DNA of 64,000 bases, taken from IMG/VR virus record IMGVR_UViG_3300042914_002678; one strand, written 5' to 3'. The first letter of the stretch is position 1. Each line of letters begins with the position of its first letter. Positions 1 to 10,897 of the stretch are shown here, in pieces. Made by a program: the position numbers and the translations under genes. This DNA comes from a virus. Its lineage: Duplodnaviria; Caudoviricetes. The notes below the pieces were generated by a model. It ran no database searches, was not told the DNA's origin, and was given only the letters and a program-made list of their open reading frames with translations.

Positions 1-5
1 TAATT

Positions 6-359
6 ATGACTGCACTTTCTATTCTAGGCATTACAAATAATGCAACTTATAACTGGCAAGTAAGAGCATCTGGAACATCTAGTGGTGCAACTTGGACTGA
101 TGCTGGTGTTGATAGTGCTGTTGAATATAAGATTGGTGGAGGAACTTATACTGGTGGAAGAATACTAGCATCTGGATATACATATGGTTCCAATCAAGGT
201 TCAACATCAGTAGATATTCTCAAGGAGGCATTATTTAAGTTTCAGTTAGAAAGAGATGCACTAACTGGAACACCTTATGAACTTTCTATTGTATGTGCCT
301 CTAATGCTAATGGTGCAGATATTCACGCTTCTATGGACTGGGAAGAAATTAGTAGGTAA
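6..359 (+). CDS. C-terminal part of a conserved cyanophage hypothetical (probably virion) protein upstream of terminase; likely 5'-truncated by the window edge
   Basis: ORF ending ASMDWEEISR; the frame is open to the window start; position just before gp17. Confidence 0.6.
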   Translation: MTALSILGITNNATYNWQVRASGTSSGATWTDAGVDSAVEYKIGGGTYTGGRILASGYTYGSNQGSTSVDILKEALFKFQLERDALTGTPYELSIVCASNANGADIHASMDWEEISR

Positions 360-364
360 TTTTT

Positions 365-2014
365 ATGAGTGACAACATTTATCTGGGCAATCCTAATCTA
401 AAAAGAGCAAATACACAAATTCAATTTACGGAAGAACAAATTATAGAGTTCTTGAAGTGTAAAGAAGATCCTGTATATTTTGCAAAGAACTATATTAAGA
501 TTGTTTCTCTGGATCACGGTCTTGTTCCTTTTGAGATGTATCCATTTCAAGAGAAACTTGTAAGAAACTTCCACGAGAACAGGTTTAATATTTGTAAGAT
601 GCCACGGCAGACTGGCAAATCAACCACCTGCGTATCCTACCTGCTCCACTACGCAGTTTTTAACGATAATGTTAATATTGCCATTCTAGCGAACAAAGCA
701 TCTACTGCAAGGGATCTTCTTGGAAGACTGCAACTTGCCTATGAGAATCTACCCAAGTGGATGCAGCAGGGTATTATATCTTGGAACAAAGGATCACTTG
801 AATTAGAAAATGGATCAAAAATTTCATCAAACTCTACTTCTTCATCTGCTGTCCGAGGCGGATCCTATAATGTCATCTTTTTGGACGAATTCGCGTTCAT
901 CCCGAATCACATTGCTGATGACTTCTTTGCCTCTGTTTATCCTACTATTTCTTCTGGTCAAAGCACAAAGGTAATTATTGTTTCCACTCCTCGCGGTATG
1001 AACCACTTCTACCGTATGTGGCATGATGCAGAACGTGGTAAAAATAGTTATGTTCCAACAGACGTTCATTGGTCAGAAGTTCCCGGTAGAGATGAAAAAT
1101 GGAAGCAACAGACTATTGATAATACTAGTGAACAGCAATTTAAAGTAGAATTTGAGTGTGAGTTTTTAGGATCGGTTAATACTTTAATTAATGCCGCAAA
1201 ATTAAAAAATCTTGTTTATGAAGATCCGATAAAAAGGAATGCAGGATTAGATATTTACGAAGAAAAAAAAGAAGAGCATAATTATTTAATGACAGTCGAT
1301 GTTGCAAGAGGACTTGGCAATGATTATTCTGCATTCATAGTATTTGATATTACAGAATTTCCATATAAAGTTGTTGCAAAATATAGAAATAATGAAATTA
1401 AACCTATGTTATTTCCCAATATTATCAATCAAGTAGCAAAAGCATATAATAATTCTTGGGTATTGATTGAAGTAAATGATATTGGTGATCAAGTATCAAA
1501 CATACTTCATTTTGATTTAGAGTATGATAATATATTAATGTGTTCTATGCGCGGAAGAGCAGGTCAAATAGTCGGATCTGGATTTAGTGGAAAAAAATCA
1601 CAACTTGGCGTTAGAATGACTTCCTCTGTTAAGAAATTGGGATGCTCAAATTTAAAAACTCTGATGGAGGATGATAAATTATTAACTGTAGATTATGATA
1701 TTATTTCAGAGTTAACAACATTTTCACAAAGACACAATTCTTTTGAAGCAGAAGAAGGTTGTAATGATGACCTGTCAATGTGCCTTGTTATTTTTTCTTG
1801 GCTAGTAGCACAAGATTATTTTAAAGAAATGACAGATAATGATGTTCGTAAAAAAATATATGAGGAACAAAAAAATCAAATAGAACAAGATATGTCTCCA
1901 TTCGGATTTATATCTGATGGTGTAAGTGAGATGACAAGTTTTGTTGATAATGATGGTGATAGGTGGTATACAGATGAATATGGAGATATGTCTTATATGT
2001 GGGATTATAAGTAA
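365..2014 (+). CDS. gp17: Terminase large subunit
   Basis: Walker A-like MPRQTGKST, Walker B IFLDEFAF, nuclease motifs TVDVARG and DDLSMC; T4-like N-terminus YLGNPNLK. Confidence 0.97.
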   Translation: MSDNIYLGNPNLKRANTQIQFTEEQIIEFLKCKEDPVYFAKNYIKIVSLDHGLVPFEMYPFQEKLVRNFHENRFNICKMPRQTGKSTTCVSYLLHYAVFNDNVNIAILANKASTARDLLGRLQLAYENLPKWMQQGIISWNKGSLELENGSKISSNSTSSSAVRGGSYNVIFLDEFAFIPNHIADDFFASVYPTISSGQSTKVIIVSTPRGMNHFYRMWHDAERGKNSYVPTDVHWSEVPGRDEKWKQQTIDNTSEQQFKVEFECEFLGSVNTLINAAKLKNLVYEDPIKRNAGLDIYEEKKEEHNYLMTVDVARGLGNDYSAFIVFDITEFPYKVVAKYRNNEIKPMLFPNIINQVAKAYNNSWVLIEVNDIGDQVSNILHFDLEYDNILMCSMRGRAGQIVGSGFSGKKSQLGVRMTSSVKKLGCSNLKTLMEDDKLLTVDYDIISELTTFSQRHNSFEAEEGCNDDLSMCLVIFSWLVAQDYFKEMTDNDVRKKIYEEQKNQIEQDMSPFGFISDGVSEMTSFVDNDGDRWYTDEYGDMSYMWDYK

Positions 2015-2242
2015 ATGGAACTTGACGATCAATTTGAATTAGATCATTTATTTTTTACAGAAAGAAAGTGTAGATCTTGCGGTATTAGAAAAGGTCTTAC
2101 AGACTCTTTTTATAGAATACGTAAAAATAACACTATATCATCTTCATATTCTTATGAGTGTAAGGAGTGTACCATAAAAAGAATTATAGAATCTAAAAAG
2201 AAAAAAAGATATAAAGTTGAGTGGGAATATCCAGATTGGTAA
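2015..2242 (+). CDS. Small CxxC...CxxC zinc-finger protein, conserved between gp17 and gp18 in cyanophages
   Basis: CRSC...CKEC, C-terminal WEYPDW; synteny. Confidence 0.7.
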   Translation: MELDDQFELDHLFFTERKCRSCGIRKGLTDSFYRIRKNNTISSSYSYECKECTIKRIIESKKKKRYKVEWEYPDW

Positions 2243-2325
2243 ACATTCATGCAGTGTTTCCCCAATAGAAATAGTATTTTTAATAAATATTTTTAGTATA
2301 ATCCTGGATATCACGGAGAATTAAG

Positions 2326-4473
2326 ATGCCACTAAATTTAGCATCTCCTGGAATTGTAGTAAGAGAAGTTGATTTAACCGTTGGGAGAGTTAGTCCTGCA
2401 AATAATAAAATAGGAGCTATTGTAGCACCTTTTCCTAAAGGTGCAGTAAATGAACCTATTTTGGTTTCAAATGAGCAAGAATTAATTAATAATTTTGGTA
2501 CTCCTTATCTTGCAGATAAGCAGTATGAAACTTGGTTAGTTGCCTCTTCATTTTTATCATATGGAGGTAGTCTTAGAGTAATTAGATCAGATGATGAAAA
2601 TATTTCTAATGCTTTTGTTGGATCAGCAACTAGCATAAAGATTAAAAGTTATGAAGACTACATTAACTTGGGATATGACGAAAATGTAATTTCTGGGGTA
2701 ACAGTTTGTGCTAAAGATCCTGGATCTTGGGCAAATGGTGTTAAAGTTGCAATCATTGATGCGAAAGCAGATCAGATTTTAAGTGGTCTTAGCACAGATA
2801 TTCAAGTTGGTTGTGGAGTAACTCAAGCAATTACTTCGGTTCTTGCTGGTTCAGGATCTACATCTGTTTTGGGTGGATATTTAAAGGGTGTAGTTACTGG
2901 AATAGGTGTAAGTTCAATCCAAGTAAAAGTTTTGAGTCATGTATCTGCAGCTGGAACAGAGACTACAGTAGATTATCAACCACAAGGAGTTTACTCTTTT
3001 GCGTCTGGAGGAACACTTGGTATTCATACCAGCGGTGTATTAACCGCATATACAACTAAAACATATGCCGCTCAACAAGATTGGTTTGATCAACAAACAA
3101 TCAGTCTTACAAATTCTACACTTTATTGGAATACTCTTGCAGATAGACCCTCAACCTCAAACTTTGCTGCAGCAAGAGGAGCAAGATTCGATGAAGTTCA
3201 CGTAGTTGTATTTGATGATATTGGGTCTGTTAGTGGAAATACTGGAACAATATTAGAAAAGCATCTTTCACTTTCTAAAGCGTCTGATGCGGAATTCTCT
3301 GTTGGAAGTACTTCGTACTGGAGAAAGTACATAGCAGAAAATTCTAGATATATTTTTGCTGGATCTGCACCGTCTGGAATTGTTACTACCGCATATACTT
3401 CTGGATTTACTTTAGCAACAGATACAGGTTGGGATCAATCTGCGAGTGGAATTTATTTTGCTGGAACAGGATCAAATGTTCTAACATTAGAAAATGGTAA
3501 AAATTATGATGGAGGTACTGATTTAACTGCAGAAGGATCACTCAGTTCAACCCTCGCCAATTTGTCTAGTGGTTATGGACTTCTTTCAAATTCGGATGAA
3601 TATGCAGTAGACTTCTTACTCATGGGATCTGCTGGATATGCAAAAGAAAACGCACAAGCACTTGCTTCAAAATTAATATCCGTAGCCGAAGAAAGAAAAG
3701 ATTGCCTGGCATTTATATCTCCATATAGATCTGCACTCTTAACAGAATCTTCTGGAAATAGATATGTTCTCAAAGATTCCGCCACAATTACGGATAATGT
3801 AATTAGTTATTATGCTTCAATTCCTTCTTCTTCTTTTGCAGTATTTGATAGTGGTTACAAGTACATGTATGATAGATTCTCCGATACTTTTAGATATGTT
3901 CCCTTGAATGGTGATATTGCTGGTTTGTGCGCTAGAACTGATTCTGTTTCCTTCCCATGGTTCTCACCAGCTGGAACTTCTAGAGGTGCTATTTTAAATG
4001 CCGTTAAACTTGCATACAATCCTTCAAAAACTCAAAGAGATAGACTTTATTCAAATAGAATTAATCCAGTTATATTCTCCCCAGGTGCAGGAATAATTTT
4101 ATTCGGTGATAAGACAGGACTTGCAAAATCGTCTGCATTTGATCGTATTAATGTTCGTAGATTGTTTATCTACCTTGAAGCGGCAATTTCTACTGTCGCA
4201 AAAGATCAATTATTCGAGTTTAATGATGAAACAACTAGAAGAAACTTTATAGCAACTGTTGAACCATTCCTAAGAGATATTCAATCAAAGCGAGGTATTG
4301 AAGATTATAGATTAATTTGTGATTCTACGAATAACACTGCTTCTGTTATTGATGCAAATGAATTTATTGCCGATATCTTTATTAAACCAAATAGATCTAT
4401 TAATTATATTGGCCTAACTTTTGTTGCCACTAAAACTGGTGTTTCTTTTGAAGAAGTAATCGGTACTGTTTAA
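2326..4473 (+). CDS. gp18: Tail sheath protein
   Basis: N-terminal LASPGIVVREVDLT, C-terminal PWFSPAG, FDRINVRRLF, FIKPNRSINYI. Confidence 0.97.
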   Translation: MPLNLASPGIVVREVDLTVGRVSPANNKIGAIVAPFPKGAVNEPILVSNEQELINNFGTPYLADKQYETWLVASSFLSYGGSLRVIRSDDENISNAFVGSATSIKIKSYEDYINLGYDENVISGVTVCAKDPGSWANGVKVAIIDAKADQILSGLSTDIQVGCGVTQAITSVLAGSGSTSVLGGYLKGVVTGIGVSSIQVKVLSHVSAAGTETTVDYQPQGVYSFASGGTLGIHTSGVLTAYTTKTYAAQQDWFDQQTISLTNSTLYWNTLADRPSTSNFAAARGARFDEVHVVVFDDIGSVSGNTGTILEKHLSLSKASDAEFSVGSTSYWRKYIAENSRYIFAGSAPSGIVTTAYTSGFTLATDTGWDQSASGIYFAGTGSNVLTLENGKNYDGGTDLTAEGSLSSTLANLSSGYGLLSNSDEYAVDFLLMGSAGYAKENAQALASKLISVAEERKDCLAFISPYRSALLTESSGNRYVLKDSATITDNVISYYASIPSSSFAVFDSGYKYMYDRFSDTFRYVPLNGDIAGLCARTDSVSFPWFSPAGTSRGAILNAVKLAYNPSKTQRDRLYSNRINPVIFSPGAGIILFGDKTGLAKSSAFDRINVRRLFIYLEAAISTVAKDQLFEFNDETTRRNFIATVEPFLRDIQSKRGIEDYRLICDSTNNTASVIDANEFIADIFIKPNRSINYIGLTFVATKTGVSFEEVIGTV

Positions 4474-4511
4474 TTAATCAAAAATAACATAAAACATAGA
4501 GGTAAAAAAAG

Positions 4512-5105
4512 ATGGCATTAAGAACTATCACCGACTTTAAAGGTCAACTTGTTGGCGGTGGCGCAAGACCTAATCTATTTTCAGTTTCTTTAACTTTCCC
4601 TACTACAGTGGGAAGTCAAACTATAACTGATTCTATCGCTGCTGGAACTAAAATTGAATTTTTAGCTAAAACTGCAGCACTTCCAGCTTCAAATATTACT
4701 CCAATTGAAGTTCCATTTAGAGGAAGAGTTTTAAAAGTAGCTGGTGAAAGAACATTTGATACTTGGTCTATTACTGTAATTAATGATGTTGACTTCAAGA
4801 TTCGCACAGCATTTGAAGAATGGATGAATGGAATTAATGATCTCAATCAGGCAACAGGTGAAACTAGACCAGTAGAATATGATTGCGACTTACAGGTCAG
4901 TCAATTAAATAAAGCTGGTGAAGCAATAAGAACATATGATTTTATTGGTTGTTTTCCAACAAATATTTCTCAAATTGATTTGTCTATGGACACAACTGAT
5001 ACAATTGAAGAGTATAGTGTTGAATTTCAAATCCTTTATTGGAAAGCTGCTGCAACAACTGCATCTAGTCCAGTTTCTATTACTTCACCTGCAATTTCTA
5101 CCTGA
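4512..5105 (+). CDS. gp19: Tail tube protein
   Basis: GGARPNLF, VPFRGRVLKVAGERTFDTW; follows the sheath gene. Confidence 0.96.
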   Translation: MALRTITDFKGQLVGGGARPNLFSVSLTFPTTVGSQTITDSIAAGTKIEFLAKTAALPASNITPIEVPFRGRVLKVAGERTFDTWSITVINDVDFKIRTAFEEWMNGINDLNQATGETRPVEYDCDLQVSQLNKAGEAIRTYDFIGCFPTNISQIDLSMDTTDTIEEYSVEFQILYWKAAATTASSPVSITSPAIST

Positions 5106-5144
5106 TAAATAGTTTTAGGATATTTAAAAGTATAAAATTATAAA

Positions 5145-6833
5145 ATGGCAAAACTCTTTGGTTTCTCTATTGAAAATTCTGATCAAAAATCCAAATCAAT
5201 TGTCTCCCCCGTTCCTCCTAATAATGAGGACGGGGTTGATAATTATATTGCTAGTGGATTTTATGGTCAGTATGTAGATATTGAGGGTGTATATAGGACT
5301 GAATATGATCTGATTAAAAGATACAGAGAAATGGCATTACACCCAGAATGTGATAATGCCATAGAAGACGTTGTAAATGAAGCACTCGTTAGTGACCTTT
5401 ATGATTCACCAGTAGAGATAGAACTTTCTAATCTCAATGCTAGTGATAGATTAAAAGAAGTTATCAGAGAAGAATTTAAATATATTAAAGAAATATTAGA
5501 TTTTGATAAAAAGTGTCACGAAATTTTTAGAAATTGGTATGTTGACGGAAGACTATATTACCATAAAGTAATTGATTTAAAAAAACCAGAAGAAGGGATC
5601 AAAGAAGTTAGATATATTGATCCAATGAAAATGAGATTTGTTAGGCAACACAAAAAAGATAAAAATTCTATACCAAATTCAAACCTATCAAGATTGGAAG
5701 AGAGTGATAAGGCTTTTCATCCAGAAGTAGAAGAATATTTTCTTTACACGCCAAGACCAAATTTTCCAGTTGGTGCCATAGCTAGCGTCAATACAAGTTC
5801 AAAAGGAATAAAAATAGCAAAAGATTCTATCACATATGTGACTTCTGGATTAGTTGATAGAAATAAAGGAAGTATTTTATCATATTTACATAAATCAATT
5901 AAAGCACTCAATCAACTTAGAATGATTGAAGATTCTTTGGTAATTTACAGACTATCACGCGCACCTGAGCGCAGAATTTTCTATATTGACGTAGGCAATC
6001 TTCCAAAAGTAAAAGCAGAACAATATCTACGCGATGTTATGAATCGCTATAGAAATAAATTAGTCTATAACGCTTCTACTGGAGAAGTTCGTGATGATCG
6101 CAAGTTCATGAGTATGCTTGAAGATTTTTGGTTACCACGTAGAGAAGGTGGAAGAGGAACTGAAATTACTACTCTTCCTGGTGGACAAAATCTTGGAGAA
6201 CTTGCTGATATTGAGTATTTTCAGAAAAAACTTTACAGGGCACTTGGAGTTCCCGAATCAAGAATTGCGTCTGACGGTGGATTTAATTTGGGAAGATCTT
6301 CAGAAATTCTTCGTGATGAACTAAAGTTTTCTAAATTTGTAGGACGTTTAAGAAAAAGGTTTGCAAATTTATTTAATGATATGTTGAAAACACAATTAAT
6401 ATTAAAAAATGTCATTACTTTAGAAGATTGGGAAGAACTTTCAGATCATATCCAATATGACTTTCTATATGACAATCAATTTGCAGAATTAAAGGAAAGT
6501 GAATTAGTTAATGGCAGATTAGCAACTTTAGCAACAATAGAACCTTATATTGGAAAATATTTCTCCCAAGAATATGTTCGTAGAAAAATCCTAAGACAAA
6601 CTGATTCTGAAATTTTAGAAATTAATAAACAGATTAAAAAAGAAATTAAAGACGGATTAATTCCAGATCCAAATTTAGTTGATCCAATTACTGGAGAGCC
6701 ACTACCTGTACCAGGTGATCCTAATAATATGAATGCTGGATTAGGGCAAGTTCCAACTGAACCAGATTTAACTCAGGATTCAAAAGTTACTGACGCCCAA
6801 ATGCAAAAAGACGTAAAGAAAGCTGAAATATAA
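5145..6833 (+). CDS. gp20: Portal vertex protein
   Basis: MAKLFGFSI start, YRLSRAPERRIFYIDVGNLP, EDFWLPRREGGRGTEITTLPGG. Confidence 0.97.
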   Translation: MAKLFGFSIENSDQKSKSIVSPVPPNNEDGVDNYIASGFYGQYVDIEGVYRTEYDLIKRYREMALHPECDNAIEDVVNEALVSDLYDSPVEIELSNLNASDRLKEVIREEFKYIKEILDFDKKCHEIFRNWYVDGRLYYHKVIDLKKPEEGIKEVRYIDPMKMRFVRQHKKDKNSIPNSNLSRLEESDKAFHPEVEEYFLYTPRPNFPVGAIASVNTSSKGIKIAKDSITYVTSGLVDRNKGSILSYLHKSIKALNQLRMIEDSLVIYRLSRAPERRIFYIDVGNLPKVKAEQYLRDVMNRYRNKLVYNASTGEVRDDRKFMSMLEDFWLPRREGGRGTEITTLPGGQNLGELADIEYFQKKLYRALGVPESRIASDGGFNLGRSSEILRDELKFSKFVGRLRKRFANLFNDMLKTQLILKNVITLEDWEELSDHIQYDFLYDNQFAELKESELVNGRLATLATIEPYIGKYFSQEYVRRKILRQTDSEILEINKQIKKEIKDGLIPDPNLVDPITGEPLPVPGDPNNMNAGLGQVPTEPDLTQDSKVTDAQMQKDVKKAEI

Positions 6834-6861
6834 ATACAATATAACAACATTTATAAATTTT

Positions 6862-7032
6862 ATGGAAGAACTTATCGATTTGGTGGCAACAGACTCTCCA
6901 GCTTCTGATATTACTGATCAAATTAAATCCATCTTATATTCAAAAGCTGCAGAAAGAATTGAATTAGCAAAACCAGAAATTGCTTCTTTGATATTTGATT
7001 ATGAAGATCAAGAGAATACTGAGGAAGAATAA
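6862..7032 (+). CDS. Small acidic protein (56 aa), prohead core (gp67-like) position
   Basis: Read by hand: MEELIDLVATDSPASDITDQIKSILYSKAAERIELAKPEIASLIFDYEDQENTEEE; TAATG overlap with the next gene. Confidence 0.7.
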   Translation: MEELIDLVATDSPASDITDQIKSILYSKAAERIELAKPEIASLIFDYEDQENTEEE

Positions 7033-7307
7033 TGTCAGCACGAATTAAAGTTCTTGGAGCAGAAGCAGCACTTCCAACTACAACCGGAGCAGCAACTAGT
7101 TTTAGTGCAGCAACAGTTGTTCGTTTAGTTAACACATCAACTGGTGCAGATTATGCAGTGACAGTTGTTGAAACACAAAGTGGTAGTGTTATTGGTTCTT
7201 TTACACTAATGAGAGCTCAATCAGAATTATTAGAAAAGTTACCTTCACACTGTGTTTACGCTTCAAACGCTTCTGTGTTAGGTGCAAAAGTAGGATTTAC
7301 AAATTAA
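7032..7307 (+). CDS. Conserved hypothetical protein of the cyanophage head module
   Basis: ORF between gp20 and gp21 with coupled start and stop. Confidence 0.7.
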   Translation: MSARIKVLGAEAALPTTTGAATSFSAATVVRLVNTSTGADYAVTVVETQSGSVIGSFTLMRAQSELLEKLPSHCVYASNASVLGAKVGFTN

Positions 7308-7311
7308 AGCA

Positions 7312-7962
7312 ATGAAACTAATCACAGAAGAAGTATCAGAAGTTAAATTTATTACTGAGGGAAAAGGTTCCTGTAAAAAATGTTATATTGAGGGAATTTT
7401 TCTCCAAGGAGACATTACTAACAGAAACGGTAGAATGTATCCTATGGAAACACTCTCCCGCGAAGTAACAAGATATACAGAATCTTTTATTAATAAAGGT
7501 CGTGCTCTTGGAGAACTTGGACACCCAGATGGTCCAACTGTGAATCTAGATCGTGTTTCTCATAAAATTGTTTCCCTTACATGTGAAGGAAATAATTTTA
7601 GAGGAAAGGCACAACTCTTAGAAACTCCAATGGGTAAGATTGCAAAATCTCTTATTAGTGAAGGTGTAACTCTTGGTGTTTCTTCTCGTGGTGTTGGTTC
7701 ATTAAAAATGACCAATGAAGGTCATAAAATTGTTGGTGAAGATTTCATGCTTGCAACTGCTGCCGATATCGTTGCCGATCCTTCTGCACCCGATGCATTT
7801 GTTTCGGGAATTATGGAAGGTAAAGAGTGGGTTTGGGAAGGTGGAATTCTTCGTGAAAAACTTGCAGAGTCTACAAAACGCAGAATTAATACATTAGTTG
7901 ATCAAAAAAGATTGGAAGAGCATAAGTTGAATTTATTCAATGAATTTCTTTCAAATCTATAA
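7312..7962 (+). CDS. gp21: Prohead core protease
   Basis: MKLITE start, NRNGRMYP, GELGHP, GVSSRGVGS, DIVADPSAPDAFV. Confidence 0.97.
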   Translation: MKLITEEVSEVKFITEGKGSCKKCYIEGIFLQGDITNRNGRMYPMETLSREVTRYTESFINKGRALGELGHPDGPTVNLDRVSHKIVSLTCEGNNFRGKAQLLETPMGKIAKSLISEGVTLGVSSRGVGSLKMTNEGHKIVGEDFMLATAADIVADPSAPDAFVSGIMEGKEWVWEGGILREKLAESTKRRINTLVDQKRLEEHKLNLFNEFLSNL

Positions 7963-8003
7963 TTTATAAATAAATATAGATTAATACATAAATATCTAAT
8001 CAA

Positions 8004-9209
8004 ATGTCCGTTGGTAGAAATTTACAAGAAATGGAAAACGTAGTAACCAAAGGAGCCAAGACTGCAGAACCAATGCAGAAGCTAACGACAGGTATTGCAC
8101 CTGGACAAACTGCTGGCAATTGGGAAGATCTTGGCGGTCCAACCCCAGAAAATTATCGCCCAGACGATAATTCTGCAAAACTTAAAGAACCCACAACTCT
8201 TGCTTCGGTAAGAAATGTTGTCAATAAGGGTGCTAAAGCTGCTGATCCTATGCAACATCTTGCCAAAGGTGCTGTTAAGGAAGAAACCGAAGACGAAGAT
8301 GAAGATCTCGTTGACGAGGAAGAACTTGACGAGGAAGAAGAAGTAGTTGCTGAAGCTGCCGACGAAGAAGGAGAGACTGGCGAACCAAAGGGCAAGGAAA
8401 AGAAAGAAAAAGAAAAGAAAGAAGGTAAAGGTCACGAAGCAAAAGAAAATGAAGATGAAATGAAGGAAGAGTTTGACATCGAAGAAGATGTCAATGCTCT
8501 TCTAGAAGGTGAAGAGCTTTCTGAGGAATTCCAAGAGAAAGCACGTACTATTTTTGAAGCCGCTATTCGTTCAAAGGTTTTTGAGATTAAAGAAGATCTC
8601 CAATCTCAGTATGAAAGCGCCTTAATTGAAGAAGTTGCATCAATTAGATCAGAATTAGTCGAAAGAGTTGATGCATATCTTGAGTATGTTGCTGACGAGT
8701 GGATTGCTGAAAATGCACTCGCAATTGAGCACGGTCTTAAGACTGAAATGACCGAATCATTCCTCCAAGGAATGAGAGGTCTTTTTGAAGATCATTATGT
8801 AACAATCCCTGAAGATAGATATGATGTAATCGAGAGTATGGTAGATAAACTTGATGAAATGGAAGAAAAACTCAACGAGCAAATTCAAAGAAATGTTGCT
8901 CTGAATAGAAGATTAGCAGAGTCGGTTGCTGATGTAATCTTTGCCGATGTTACTGAGGGTCTTGCACTTTCTCAGAAGGACAAACTCGCTTCTCTTGCCG
9001 AAAATGTTGAGTTTGATAGTGAAGAAAACTATCGTGAGAAACTGGTAACTCTGAGGGAATCGTATTTCCCAACCAGATCAACTGGTACTCAAAAAGACTT
9101 TTCTGAGAACTTATCTGAGGATGTTTCCTACGGAGAAAATCTGAGCGAATCAGTATCTCCTATCATGGAGGCATATCTTCAAACTCTCAGTAGAGTATCT
9201 AAAAAGTGA
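8004..9209 (+). CDS. gp22: Prohead core scaffolding protein
   Basis: Acidic coiled coil, FQEKARTIFEAA, VDAYLEYVADEW; lies between gp21 and gp23. Confidence 0.95.
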   Translation: MSVGRNLQEMENVVTKGAKTAEPMQKLTTGIAPGQTAGNWEDLGGPTPENYRPDDNSAKLKEPTTLASVRNVVNKGAKAADPMQHLAKGAVKEETEDEDEDLVDEEELDEEEEVVAEAADEEGETGEPKGKEKKEKEKKEGKGHEAKENEDEMKEEFDIEEDVNALLEGEELSEEFQEKARTIFEAAIRSKVFEIKEDLQSQYESALIEEVASIRSELVERVDAYLEYVADEWIAENALAIEHGLKTEMTESFLQGMRGLFEDHYVTIPEDRYDVIESMVDKLDEMEEKLNEQIQRNVALNRRLAESVADVIFADVTEGLALSQKDKLASLAENVEFDSEENYREKLVTLRESYFPTRSTGTQKDFSENLSEDVSYGENLSESVSPIMEAYLQTLSRVSKK

Positions 9210-9256
9210 TTTTTAAATTATAAACAATCAAACTAAATTTTAAAGAGGTAAAAACA

Positions 9257-10663
9257 ATGCAAATGTTCAATGCAGAACAATTGCAGGAGAAGTGGTCACC
9301 AATCCTTGATTATCAAGGAATGGATCCAATCAGAGATTCGCATCGTAGAGCGGTAACTGCTATCCTGCTAGAAAACCAAGAAAGAGAATTACGCGAAGAG
9401 CGTGCATTCCTTTCCGAAGGTCCAAACATTAATACTGGTTCATCTGGCGCAACCGCAGGTTTTAGTGCTGATGCATCTTCACCTGTTGCTGGTTTCGATC
9501 CTGTTCTAATCAGCCTCATTCGTCGTTCAATGCCAAACCTGGTCGCATATGACCTCGCTGGCGTTCAACCAATGAATGGTCCTACTGGTCTTATCTTTGC
9601 AATGCGTTCTAAGTACGCTACACAAGGTGGATCAGAAGCTCTGTTCGATGAAGCAGATACTGCATGGTCTGGTCAAGATGACGACCGCAATGCCGTTCTT
9701 GGTAGTGGATATGTTTCCGGTTCTGACGGTGCTTCCGTAGGTTTCGGTACTACAGCATCCGCAGGAACAAATCCAGGTCTTCTGAACCCAGAAGGTAGTC
9801 AGGCATACAACACCTACAGTGTAGGTCAAGGTATGGACACTGAGAATGCTGAAGGACTCGGTTATGACGGTAACGAGTTCAACCAAATGGCATTCTCTAT
9901 CGAGAAGGTCACCGTAACTGCAAAGTCACGCGCTCTGAAAGCTGAGTACTCACTTGAGCTTGCTCAAGACCTCAAGGCAATCCACGGTCTGAATGCTGAA
10001 GCGGAATTAGCAAACATTCTCTCAACTGAGATTCTTGCTGAAATCAACCGCGAAGTTATCAGAACTATCTACAAGATTGCTGAATCAGGTGCTCAAGCAA
10101 ACGTTGCTTCTGCTGGTACTTTCGACCTCGACGTTGACTCCAACGGTCGTTGGTCAGTTGAGAAGTTCAAGGGTCTTATCTTCCAAATCGAGCGCGATGC
10201 TAACGCTATCGCACAAAGAACTCGTAGAGGAAAGGGCAACATGATCCTCTGCTCTGCAGACGTTGCTTCCGCCCTGACCATGGCTGGTGTACTTGACTAC
10301 ACCCCCGCACTCAACGCAAATCTTAACGTTGATGACACTGGTAACACCTTTGCTGGTGTTCTCCAAGGTAAGTATCGTGTTTATATCGATCCTTATTCGG
10401 CAAACGTTTCTGCTAACCAGTACTATGTTGTTGGTTATAAGGGTTCTTCCCCTTATGATGCAGGTCTGTTCTATTGCCCATATGTTCCCCTCCAAATGGT
10501 TCGTGCCGTTGGTGAGAACAACTTCCAGCCTAAAATCGGATTTAAGACCAGATACGGTATCGTTGCAAACCCATTTGCAGAAGGAACCACACCTGGTCTT
10601 GGTCGCCTCAGGGCAAACGCTAACCGCTACTACAGAAGAGTACGTGTTAACAACCTCATGTGA
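9257..10663 (+). CDS. gp23: Major capsid protein
   Basis: GVQPMNGPTGLIFAMR, KSRALKAEYSLELAQDLKAIHGL, FQPKIGFKTRYG. Confidence 0.99.
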   Translation: MQMFNAEQLQEKWSPILDYQGMDPIRDSHRRAVTAILLENQERELREERAFLSEGPNINTGSSGATAGFSADASSPVAGFDPVLISLIRRSMPNLVAYDLAGVQPMNGPTGLIFAMRSKYATQGGSEALFDEADTAWSGQDDDRNAVLGSGYVSGSDGASVGFGTTASAGTNPGLLNPEGSQAYNTYSVGQGMDTENAEGLGYDGNEFNQMAFSIEKVTVTAKSRALKAEYSLELAQDLKAIHGLNAEAELANILSTEILAEINREVIRTIYKIAESGAQANVASAGTFDLDVDSNGRWSVEKFKGLIFQIERDANAIAQRTRRGKGNMILCSADVASALTMAGVLDYTPALNANLNVDDTGNTFAGVLQGKYRVYIDPYSANVSANQYYVVGYKGSSPYDAGLFYCPYVPLQMVRAVGENNFQPKIGFKTRYGIVANPFAEGTTPGLGRLRANANRYYRRVRVNNLM

Positions 10664-10683
10664 GTTATTTTCACATAAATTCG

Positions 10684-10709
10684 AGAGGGTCGCAAGACCC
10701 TCTTTTTTT
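10684..10709 (+). terminator. Rho-independent terminator after gp23
   Basis: agagggtc-GCAA-gaccctct followed by a T-run. Confidence 0.9.
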
Positions 10710-10738
10710 ATCTAAATAAAAATAAAACTATTAATAAA

Positions 10739-10897
10739 ATGAAACCAACTCCCAAACAGTCTCAAGAAATTTATAAAAGTTACGAAAAAGTAGTTGAACA
10801 TCTTATTAGCGAAGGATATGCAGATAGTAAAGAATCTGCAGATATCATTATTAACGGTATGAGTGAAGAATGGTTTAACTTAATTGTAAAAGAATGA
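10739..10897 (+). CDS. 52-aa stand-alone EGYA...MSEEW module protein (missing from the ORF track)
   Basis: Read by hand: MKPTPKQSQEIYKSYEKVVEHLISEGYADSKESADIIINGMSEEWFNLIVKE; upstream TAAATA; ATGA overlap with the next gene. Confidence 0.8.
   Translation: MKPTPKQSQEIYKSYEKVVEHLISEGYADSKESADIIINGMSEEWFNLIVKE

Noticed and set aside
8290-8470. Extreme E/K-rich tract in gp22
   Set aside because: Variable acidic or charged linkers are normal in T4-like scaffold proteins.
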